Shown here in pieces: positions 44,354-52,323 of a stretch of DNA of 64,000 bases. Where the stretch lies: contig JAWODC010000049.1 of the NCBI GenBank assembly GCA_046483495.1, positions 31,019 through 95,018 of the forward strand. Reading direction: 5' to 3'. The notes under the pieces are model-generated. The model made no database searches, had not been told where the DNA came from, and saw nothing but the letters and a program-made list of their open reading frames with translations. The stretch is from Desulfobacterales bacterium (GTDB lineage Bacteria; Desulfobacterota; Desulfobacteria; Desulfobacterales; UBA5616). Within the stretch, counting starts at the first letter, position 1. Each line of letters starts with the position of its first letter. The position numbers and the translations under genes were made by a program.

Positions 44354-44637
44354 TTTAATCCGGAAGAAGGTGAAAAAATGTCATGCAGCATTGATGTGAC
44401 AAAGTCCTGAATGAAGCTATTGATACCATCGGGGAATTGGATTTGCAAGGCATAAGGCCGGCACTCAGGACTGATTGTCGCCGCCCTGATATCGCCGTTG
44501 GGCCGAAGGGGCGCATCGCGCATTTGAAAACGGATGGTTAAAAACGGTTTACAAAGGCTGTAAAGAAGGTTAAATTCAGCATTCATAAACTTCAAACTTC
44601 CATCGTTCACCCCTTTCACCGGTATCCATGCAACCAA
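44350..44637 (-). CDS. hypothetical small ORF translationally coupled (ATGA) to the beta-helix lipoprotein gene
   Basis: The stop TGA (44352..44350) overlaps the ATG (44353..44351) of the downstream gene. TTG start or internal ATG. No recognisable family, so this could be a leader region instead. Confidence 0.25.
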   Translation of the reverse strand: MVAWIPVKGVNDGSLKFMNAEFNLLYSLCKPFLTIRFQMRDAPLRPNGDIRAATISPECRPYALQIQFPDGINSFIQDFVTSMLHDIFSPSSGLK

Positions 44638-45281
44638 CGGCGACCGATATAAAAACCCGACGCCTGAAAAGGGCCGCTTTTCAGATTTTCATCCTGGTTA
44701 TGCTCTCAAGTGTTTGTATCGGGGGCTATGCCGGCGTCCTTCATGTACTGAACCTGCCGTTTCGGCAGGTAAACGATAGCCTGCATCGAGAGGATGCCGC
44801 TGTCGATCTCGATATTCTCATTCCCGGCGGCACCTATATCGACGAAAACATGACCATCCGCGAGGTGATAAAGCTGCGGTTTGCCCGTCGCTTGCCGGCA
44901 GCCGAAAGAATTGCCGGACACCTGGTATCTCTGATTCCTGAAACCCTCCGTCACATGTTCAATGCCATCCTGTTTTTTTTCTGGTCCTTCGTTTACATGA
45001 CGTTCATTCGCGTATTCACCTTTCTTCGGTATAGTCGGGCCTTGGGCGCGAGCCTGGCCCTTGGAGGGTTCACCTATTTTTTTATGCCGGATTTCTCCCC
45101 GGGGCGACTGGATGATGCGGTTTTCATGACGGCGCCGCTTGGGGTCATCGGCGCTCCCGTTTTTTTCGTCCGGTGGAGGAGGAGAAAAACCAATAAGGCA
45201 AAAGCGTCTGAATCATTGGCTTTCACCAACCACGAAACCACCCGATGTGCCTTACGAAAGGAAAACCCCAATGAACACTGA
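44628..45281 (+). CDS. hypothetical membrane protein
   Basis: Hydrophobic segments AAFQIFILVMLSSVCIGGYAGVL, FNAILFFFWSFVYMTFIRVFTFL, ALGASLALGGFTYFF and VFMTAPLGVIGAPVFFV. Overlaps the next gene by 11 nt. No clear SD. Confidence 0.4.
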   Translation: MQPTATDIKTRRLKRAAFQIFILVMLSSVCIGGYAGVLHVLNLPFRQVNDSLHREDAAVDLDILIPGGTYIDENMTIREVIKLRFARRLPAAERIAGHLVSLIPETLRHMFNAILFFFWSFVYMTFIRVFTFLRYSRALGASLALGGFTYFFMPDFSPGRLDDAVFMTAPLGVIGAPVFFVRWRRRKTNKAKASESLAFTNHETTRCALRKENPNEH

Positions 45282-47646
45282 AAACATTGACTTCATTCAA
45301 TCTGAAATCGGGAAACACCCTGTGGATGCCGCCGGTTCACCGGTGGGTGTCGTCCGTATGGATCCCGAAAAATCCTATGCCGGCGTGGGGGATCTGCTGC
45401 GGTCGTATATTACGCAAAATGATGCCGAAGCCTGGGAGAAAATTTGTAAAAAAATCGATTACACCTTTGCAAATCTGGATCTTGCCCTATCCGCCCTGGC
45501 TGAGGCAACCGGATTTATCGGCGATGTCACCAGCCGGGTGGATTGTGGGCAGAAACTGCTGTTTAAGCCGAACCTGGTCAATCCGAGCAATATCGATCCC
45601 CAGACCAATGAACCGGGATTAGGCAGTACCGCCTGTACGGAATGGCCGTTTATGGCCGCCTTGATGCGCTGGTTTTACGAGAAATGCGGAATTTCCTACT
45701 ACCGGATGTGCATCGGGGATGCCGCCACCGCCATGTCTGCCGTTGCCGGCCAGTATACGGCCATAAACAATCGCAGGATAACGACCGAGGCGGTTATTGA
45801 GGGAAAGTCCGAAGACTTTCACGGGGGGTGGGGATTTTATTTCGTTCGAAAATATCTGAGCGACAGGTGCAGCAAAGAAAGCGGCGGCAACCCCATGAAT
45901 GGATTCGAAGAGAGCGTTTCAGGGACTTACATTCCGCCGGGAAAAGCCGCCGATAAGCTGATGGTGTATGATCTAAACCGCATTTTCGATGATCCGTCGA
46001 AGGGCCGGCGCATCGGCGTCAAGGACGGCGTGAACTATGATTCCATTATGCTCCACAAGGTGATCGTCGGCGGCGATCCTGAAGACGCAAACGATCGTGA
46101 GGATTATCCCGGCTGCATCCTTGTGAATGTCCCGAAGTTCAAGGTTCATGTCATTGCCCTGTTTACAAACGTCATCAAGAACCTCGGCATTGGTCTGTAT
46201 CCCATGCAATACGCAAGCCGGGGAGCATTCAAGTGGGATTACAGCGCGCCCCACCGGCCTGTCCCCGGAATGAAGGCCGGTATACCTCACCAGGTGTGGG
46301 TGTCGGAATTGGACGAGCATACGCTGCTGCCCAAGGTGGACGACATGGGGAATGCTGTTCTTCAGAAAACCGGCGGCATAACGGCGACCATGATCGACAT
46401 CATCAGGGCGGTAAAGGACCAGCAGGTTTACATGATTCATGTCGTGGATGCGGTTGAAGGCATCAATATCGACCATCAGGGCATTGGTGCAGGGACAAAA
46501 GAGCCGGAAGGCATGGTGTTTGCAGGGATCGATCCGGTCGCCACCGACCTGCTGAGTGCTCGGTATATGTTCGGTAATACGCCGCTTGAAGAATCGCTGT
46601 TATCCGGAGTGGCGGACGGATACGGCGGGCTGTTTCCCCAATCGGTCATTATCCCTGTTGTGGAGGGAAGCACTATCGTTTCGAAAAATGGGTATGACTG
46701 TCCCATTTCCAGGGATATTTGTTTTAAAAGGTCCAAAGAAAGGGGTTTGGGCGATACCGACTACCATGTTATCGGACGAGACGGCATCACGGATAAACCC
46801 CTGGTTTCGGTGCAGGGCCATTTGGGTATTGATGATGACGGCCGGTTTTCGAACATCATCACGAACACCCTCTATTTTGACATGTTCAAAATGCCCTGGG
46901 ATCTGCAGAAAACGGCTCTGGCGTACTTTGAAGCCATTGACCGACTTTCAGGTTCCGGATTGAAACAGGATTTTCTCTCCGCCTTCGATGAAGATAAAAA
47001 CGGCATCGTAACTTACGAGGAGATGGGGAAAAAAGGCGAATGGACGTTTCTATTGCATGCGGGGGGCGAAATGCTTGCCGGCATGGCCGGACTTCTCGAA
47101 TCCCTTAGAAATTCGTTCAAATGGACAATTGCCCGAATGAAAGTATCGGATGCTGCATACAATGTAAACGGCAGTGATTTTATGAGGGCATTCGGCTACG
47201 GGACAACCTGCACGGTCGCCTTTCAAATGTCGATGGCGGAAGAGGAATCTCCGGATCCGTTTATTCCGGGACTGACGTGGGGCAAGGGCAAGTGGCCGGG
47301 ATTCGAACTGGCCAAATATGCATCCATTGGTTTTGCTCTCTTCGGCCGGGAATTTCCCGGTGTGGTTTCCCAACCAAGCCTTTACTACAGCGTCTTGCGG
47401 TATGCGGATCTAACGCAGAACCAAGGAAAATTTCTGGGAGGTGAAAGGCTGCTCGCCGATCCCGAGGATATTCATCGGTATGTTGCATCCGCCGGAAAAG
47501 ACCATGCGATGCTTGATTTTACCCTGTATGTACCTGAAGGATACGATATGATGTCGGGAATCCGCCTGCCGAATGTGACATCCACAACGGATAGTGCCAT
47601 TATTTTTACGGCGAGTTTCAACGGGGGAAGAGAAATCTGGGCATGA
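45271..47646 (+). CDS. large DUF362 domain protein with ~300-aa C-terminal extension carrying an EF-hand-type calcium-binding loop
   Basis: ORF 45139..47646 trimmed to ATG 45271. DUF362 blocks: GQKLLFKPNLVNP, VPKFKVHVIALFTNVIKNLGIGLYP, IHVVDAVEGI, GIDPVATDLLSARYMFG. EF loop DEDKNGIVTYEE at 46987..47022. Confidence 0.65.
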   Translation: MNTENIDFIQSEIGKHPVDAAGSPVGVVRMDPEKSYAGVGDLLRSYITQNDAEAWEKICKKIDYTFANLDLALSALAEATGFIGDVTSRVDCGQKLLFKPNLVNPSNIDPQTNEPGLGSTACTEWPFMAALMRWFYEKCGISYYRMCIGDAATAMSAVAGQYTAINNRRITTEAVIEGKSEDFHGGWGFYFVRKYLSDRCSKESGGNPMNGFEESVSGTYIPPGKAADKLMVYDLNRIFDDPSKGRRIGVKDGVNYDSIMLHKVIVGGDPEDANDREDYPGCILVNVPKFKVHVIALFTNVIKNLGIGLYPMQYASRGAFKWDYSAPHRPVPGMKAGIPHQVWVSELDEHTLLPKVDDMGNAVLQKTGGITATMIDIIRAVKDQQVYMIHVVDAVEGINIDHQGIGAGTKEPEGMVFAGIDPVATDLLSARYMFGNTPLEESLLSGVADGYGGLFPQSVIIPVVEGSTIVSKNGYDCPISRDICFKRSKERGLGDTDYHVIGRDGITDKPLVSVQGHLGIDDDGRFSNIITNTLYFDMFKMPWDLQKTALAYFEAIDRLSGSGLKQDFLSAFDEDKNGIVTYEEMGKKGEWTFLLHAGGEMLAGMAGLLESLRNSFKWTIARMKVSDAAYNVNGSDFMRAFGYGTTCTVAFQMSMAEEESPDPFIPGLTWGKGKWPGFELAKYASIGFALFGREFPGVVSQPSLYYSVLRYADLTQNQGKFLGGERLLADPEDIHRYVASAGKDHAMLDFTLYVPEGYDMMSGIRLPNVTSTTDSAIIFTASFNGGREIWA

Positions 47647-47690
47647 TCGGCAAACAAAAATGCAAAGCGATCGCTTGTAGGAGATTTATC

Positions 47691-48257
47691 ATGAAGATAT
47701 TGGGTCTTGTCTGCAGTCCGCGAAAGGAAGGGAACACGGAAATTCTTGTCACCCACGCGCTTGCATCCGCCCGGGAGGCGGGCGCCCAAACCGAGATGCT
47801 TCATGTCGCGGATCTGAACATCGCACCCTGTGATGCCTGCGGCGCCTGCACGGCCGAAGGCACCTGCATCGTGGAAGACGATATGCAGACGGTTTATGAA
47901 CAGCTGCTTGCAGCCGATGGCGTGATATTCGGAACACCGGTTTATTTTCTCAATGTGAGCGCCCAGGCAAAGGCGATCATCGACCGGACGTACGCCTTTT
48001 TGATGAAGGGAAAACTGCGGGGAAAGGTGGCGGCCGTTTTAGTGGCGGCACGAAGGGTGGGAGCGGGTCAGGTCTTAAGCCTTATGTACACCTACTTCAG
48101 TGCCCAGAGAATGATCATTGCCGGCGGCGGGGTCGGTTACGGCCGCGAAAAAGGAGAGGTGAACGAAGGTCCGGGCATGTCCCCCTTTCTCTCGGCGATC
48201 GAGGAGGCCAAGGCTGTTGGTAGAAACGTGGTGAAAATGAGAAACAGCATCGGCTGA
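47691..48257 (+). CDS. iron-sulfur flavoprotein (flavodoxin-like FMN reductase fold with compact Cys motif)
   Basis: ORF 47643..48257 trimmed to ATG 47691 (AGGAG upstream). MKILGLVCSPRKEGNTE, the Cx2Cx2Cx5C motif CDACGACTAEGTC, and GVIFGTPVYF. Confidence 0.75.
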   Translation: MKILGLVCSPRKEGNTEILVTHALASAREAGAQTEMLHVADLNIAPCDACGACTAEGTCIVEDDMQTVYEQLLAADGVIFGTPVYFLNVSAQAKAIIDRTYAFLMKGKLRGKVAAVLVAARRVGAGQVLSLMYTYFSAQRMIIAGGGVGYGREKGEVNEGPGMSPFLSAIEEAKAVGRNVVKMRNSIG

Positions 48258-48272
48258 CGGGCGGCATCGGGT

Positions 48273-48971
48273 TTATTGCTTTTCCCATCGGGCTGCAACG
48301 AAAGCACCGGTCCTCCCCTCGTTTTGTCGGCCGTTTTTTTCGATATCGACGGCGGCAGCAGGTGCCTCATCTTTTTCGAAGTGAACAGCGGTCTTGATCA
48401 CACCGCCGGCAGGGCCCAACATGCGCAGGTCTTCCGGAGATCGAAATATTGCTTTTTGGAAAAGTGAGTGGCCGGACTGAGCGGCATGTTTTCGCCGAGC
48501 TGCCCAGGGGCTTAAGCTGTTCAGGGTGGCCACCACTACAATTCCGCCCTTTTTGGTGACTCTGAACAGTTCCGCGAGCGCATCTTCGGCGTTTTCTATA
48601 AATTCGATTGCGGTGACGGATACGGCTTTATCGAAAACGCCGTCGGAAAAAGGCAGCGCCGTCATATCTCCGACAACCCGGTTAAATGGTTGACCGACGG
48701 CTTTGGCGCCGGCTCTCATCAGCATGGGCCCGGATACATCGAGTCCGGTGACGGTTGCTCCTGCAGCGAGAAGATCCAGGGTAAATATCCCGGTTCCGCA
48801 GCCGGCATCAAGAATCGATTCGCCGGGAAGAGGGTTTGCCAGATCCATCAGCAGCTCGCTTTCATAGTGTTTTACCAGAGTGCCGATGGGGGATTCAAAC
48901 CAACGGTCGTACCGCTCGGGCCAAGCGTTGAAAAGGCGGTCGTCTTGTTTTTGCCGGTCTGCCATGTTCAT
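48273..48971 (-). CDS. class I SAM-dependent methyltransferase
   Basis: SAM motif I ILDAGCGTGIFTLDL, post-I DVSGPML, FDKAVSVTAIEF. Confidence 0.8.
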   Translation of the reverse strand: MNMADRQKQDDRLFNAWPERYDRWFESPIGTLVKHYESELLMDLANPLPGESILDAGCGTGIFTLDLLAAGATVTGLDVSGPMLMRAGAKAVGQPFNRVVGDMTALPFSDGVFDKAVSVTAIEFIENAEDALAELFRVTKKGGIVVVATLNSLSPWAARRKHAAQSGHSLFQKAIFRSPEDLRMLGPAGGVIKTAVHFEKDEAPAAAVDIEKNGRQNEGRTGAFVAARWEKQ

Positions 48972-48980
48972 CGCCTTTGA

Positions 48981-49268
48981 CTAACCGATGGCGTTTTTCT
49001 TCGTTTGAAGTGTGGCATCCTTATCCCTGCGGCCATCAACTTTCAGATCGATGATTATCCGTTTTGCTCCCTCATCGAGGTGTGCCTGGTGGACGTTTTT
49101 CACCAGTTCAAAAAGCGCATCCAAATCCGGGACTTCAATAGCGGTCGAGAGACCTCCGATTTCATATCGATACCCGGATTTCTCGATCACCCGAATGCCC
49201 TTTTTAACGTATCGGCTCACACTCGTTCCGTCACCGATAGGATATACCGATAATTGGGCCAGTATCAT
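48981..49268 (-). CDS. MTH1187/YkoF-family (DUF77) thiamine-binding-like protein
   Basis: MILAQLSVYPIGDGTSVSRYVKKGIRVIEKSGYRYEIGGLSTAIE... is the typical ~95-aa family pattern. Confidence 0.7.
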   Translation of the reverse strand: MILAQLSVYPIGDGTSVSRYVKKGIRVIEKSGYRYEIGGLSTAIEVPDLDALFELVKNVHQAHLDEGAKRIIIDLKVDGRRDKDATLQTKKNAIG

Positions 49269-49601
49269 GGTAAATTCCTTTATGCCCCGGCTGCAGCAAC
49301 CGGATTTTTGAGGTCTTTTCCAAAATCGGCCGGCATGATTTGAACGCGTTCATCGACCGTCCATCTGCCTGATTGGTAATTTTAACTTTATTTTTAATTA
49401 TAGCAAACCCGCCGGATTAGGCAAGCCGATCAGCAACCCTCACTTGCATTGTCATGAATATTTTTTATAATTACCGCTCATCCAAAGAAAATCGTTTCAT
49501 GTAAAAGCGGCCGGTAAATTTTAACTGCATGAAAACGTTAAGTTTTTGAGGATGAAAGTTTTCCGGCCGATGAAGCAATGGAGTGAATTGGCCGTTTCTC
49601 T

Positions 49602-51149
49602 TCATGGCGCGTTAATGGAAGCGGCCCAGTCCGGGAGAACGGCGGTATCGATGTTGAACACGGCTGTTCCAAAATAATAAAAGGCTGTAGATATAAGTAC
49701 GGCACCGATAACGTTGATCAACACACCGGCCCGCGCCATTTCCGCGATGGTAATCCGGCCGCTGCCGAAAATGATGGCATTGGGCGGGGTTGCGACCGGC
49801 ATCATAAACGCGCATGAGGCTGAAAGGGTTGCCGGAACCATCAACAGCAGTGGATTGGCCTTCATCGCCACCGCCACGGATGCCAGTATCGGCAGAATCA
49901 TTTCCGTGGTTGCGGTGTTTGACGTCAGTTCCGTCAAAAATGTAATACCGATGCAGATCATCAGCACCATGACCATTGGATGCACACCGGAAAGGCCGGC
50001 AAATTTTTCACCGACAAGAATGCTCAATCCGGTGACCTGAAACCCTTTTGCCAGGGCAAATCCGCCGCCGAAAAGCAATACGATCCCCCATGGCAGCCTT
50101 TTGATGATGTCGACGTCCATCACTGCGGATGCCCCGGCATTTGCGCTTCGGGTGGGAATCAAGAAAAGCGTGACGGCCATAAACACAGCCACCGTGCCGT
50201 CATCGATGAGATCGGGATATGGCAGCAGATCGGACCACCCGGGGATGACAAACATCCCCAAGTCCAGAGGCTTACGGAAAACCCACAGAAAAGCGGTTAT
50301 GGAAAAAACGGCGAGAACCGCTTTTTCTTCGAATGCCATATTGCCGAGATGATGCCATTCCCGGTCTATGATACGCCGGTCCACATCGACGGTTTTGCCG
50401 ACGCGATAGAAAACCTGTGTGATGAGCAGCCACACCAGGCTCAGCATGACCAGGGTAAGCGGCAGGGCCATGATGAACCAGATACCGAAGGTGATCGGGT
50501 CCGCCTGAGGAAACGTGATCTTGAATATGCGTGAAAAGGACAAATTCGGTGGTGTTCCCACCAGCGTTGCAATCCCTCCCAGAGAGCAAGCGTAGGCAAT
50601 GCTGAGCATGAGCCCTACAGTGAATGCATGCGTATCTTCGGCGGAAAATTTTTCTTCCACCTGATGGACGATGGCCATGCCGATGGGCACCATCATAATG
50701 GCCGTTGCCGTATTGGAAATCCACATGGACAAAAAGGCGGATGCCGCCATGAATCCCAGAATAATCCGCGACGGTCCGCCGCCGATGACCCGGATGATAA
50801 ACAGCGCAATGCGGCGGTGCAGATTCCATCTTTCCATGGAAAGCGCGATCATAAATCCTCCCAGGAAGAGAAATATGGTGCTGTTGAAATAAATCGGCGC
50901 GGTGGCCGTTCCCTTCATGATTCCCATCAAGGGATAGAGGACCATGGGCAGAAGGGCCGTTGCATACAGGGGGATGGCGTCCGTAATCCACCATGCCGCC
51001 ATGAGCGCCGCCACGGCGGCCATGGCTGCGGCCTTAGGACGTTCAGGCGGGGTTTCCAAGAAAAGAAGGATTAAAAGAAACACGATCGGCCCTAAAATCA
51101 TTCCGATTTTTTGGGTCTTGCTCTTTTCGGGTGCATTTGCCTTGGGCAT
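49602..51149 (-). CDS. SLC13/DASS-family anion (di/tricarboxylate or sulfate):sodium symporter
   Basis: ORF 49602..51209 trimmed to ATG 51149 (GGAGA upstream, just after the upstream stop at 51160). Family motifs SNTATAIMMVP and ELTSNTATTEMILP. Confidence 0.8.
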   Translation of the reverse strand: MPKANAPEKSKTQKIGMILGPIVFLLILLFLETPPERPKAAAMAAVAALMAAWWITDAIPLYATALLPMVLYPLMGIMKGTATAPIYFNSTIFLFLGGFMIALSMERWNLHRRIALFIIRVIGGGPSRIILGFMAASAFLSMWISNTATAIMMVPIGMAIVHQVEEKFSAEDTHAFTVGLMLSIAYACSLGGIATLVGTPPNLSFSRIFKITFPQADPITFGIWFIMALPLTLVMLSLVWLLITQVFYRVGKTVDVDRRIIDREWHHLGNMAFEEKAVLAVFSITAFLWVFRKPLDLGMFVIPGWSDLLPYPDLIDDGTVAVFMAVTLFLIPTRSANAGASAVMDVDIIKRLPWGIVLLFGGGFALAKGFQVTGLSILVGEKFAGLSGVHPMVMVLMICIGITFLTELTSNTATTEMILPILASVAVAMKANPLLLMVPATLSASCAFMMPVATPPNAIIFGSGRITIAEMARAGVLINVIGAVLISTAFYYFGTAVFNIDTAVLPDWAASINAP

Positions 51150-51159
51150 GATGCGTCTC

Positions 51160-52251
51160 CTAACGCGTACGGGACGATCTGGTTTCCTGGACACAGTAAA
51201 TCCCTTCACCTTTGACCATGGCGTTGAAGCACCCGTTGCAGGAAATGCATCCGGCCGGGGCCAAGTCTCCCCCGGACCATCGGTTGATCAAGGCAGGTTC
51301 ACGAATGAGAGGACGGCTGAATGAAACGAGATCGGCAATGCCGCCGGATAAGATCGACTGAACCATTTGCGGCGTTCGAATGCCGCCGACCGCGATTACC
51401 GGCAGGTCGACGGCTGCTCTGACTTTTTGGGCGCCGTCGAGATAAAAACCCTCGAACCATTGGTCTTTGTCTACAGGCCCCCTTGAATTGTGGGTTCCGG
51501 CCATGACACCGCCGGTGACCTCGATGGCACCGTAACCGGCTGCTTTCAGGCATTTTCCGTAATGCGCAGCCACATCGGGTGTCAGCCCGCCGGGGACTCC
51601 GTCAAAAGCATTCATCTTGATCCAAACAGGGAAATCATCGCCGGCTTCAGCCGCGATAGCCCTGCGGATTTGTGTAAAGATACGAACCCGATTTTCATAG
51701 GATCCCCCATATGCATCGGTGCGCCGATTGAAATGCGGAGACAAAAATTGGCTCAAGCCGTATCCATGGCCTCCGTGCACCTGGACGGCGTCAATGCCCG
51801 CTTTTCGAGCAAGGCGCGCTGCTGCTGCGTAACTCGCTGCAAGACGGCTGATCTCTTCGGTCGTAATCTCGTAAACACCTTCCTGATAGGGCGACGGACC
51901 GGTGAGCTTGCCGCCCATAAACACGAACGGTGCCAACTGCAATGAAATCGACGCGCCATAGGCATGTATCATCGATGCGGTTTCGGCCCATGCTGAAAGA
52001 TTCGTGCCTTCAGTCAGTTGAAGCTGCCCTTTTGACGCACCGATCCATTCCGGATCGGTACAGCAGGCTCCGGTTGAGATCAGGCCGATGCCGCCGGACG
52101 CCAGATCCCGATATAGTGTTTTGAGTTTCGGCCCTGGTGAACCGTCCGAATCGGCCATGCCTTCAATGGTCGCAGATCGGACAAAACGGTTTTTCAGTGT
52201 CATTCCCATGAAATGTATCGGCGTCAAGGCCGTATTCAACAGGTCGGTCAT
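51160..52251 (-). CDS. NADH:flavin oxidoreductase (Old Yellow Enzyme family)
   Basis: LKNRFVRSATIEG, GIDAVQVHGGHGYGLSQFLSPHFNRRTDAYGGSYENR, and a C-terminal CISCNGC. Confidence 0.8.
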   Translation of the reverse strand: MTDLLNTALTPIHFMGMTLKNRFVRSATIEGMADSDGSPGPKLKTLYRDLASGGIGLISTGACCTDPEWIGASKGQLQLTEGTNLSAWAETASMIHAYGASISLQLAPFVFMGGKLTGPSPYQEGVYEITTEEISRLAASYAAAARLARKAGIDAVQVHGGHGYGLSQFLSPHFNRRTDAYGGSYENRVRIFTQIRRAIAAEAGDDFPVWIKMNAFDGVPGGLTPDVAAHYGKCLKAAGYGAIEVTGGVMAGTHNSRGPVDKDQWFEGFYLDGAQKVRAAVDLPVIAVGGIRTPQMVQSILSGGIADLVSFSRPLIREPALINRWSGGDLAPAGCISCNGCFNAMVKGEGIYCVQETRSSRTR

Positions 52252-52323
52252 GTCAATCCTCCTTTATTCTGAATGGTGGAAGCGCCGGTTCGATGCTGCG
52301 CGGCACCGGACTTTCAGCGCAAT

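Noticed and set aside
49269-49420. Possible TPP riboswitch upstream of the MTH1187/YkoF-family (thiamine-related) gene.
   Set aside because: The minus-strand leader lacks the conserved CUGAGA and ACCUGAUCUGGAUAAUGCCAGCG-type elements. Only a short GCTGCAGC palindrome is present.
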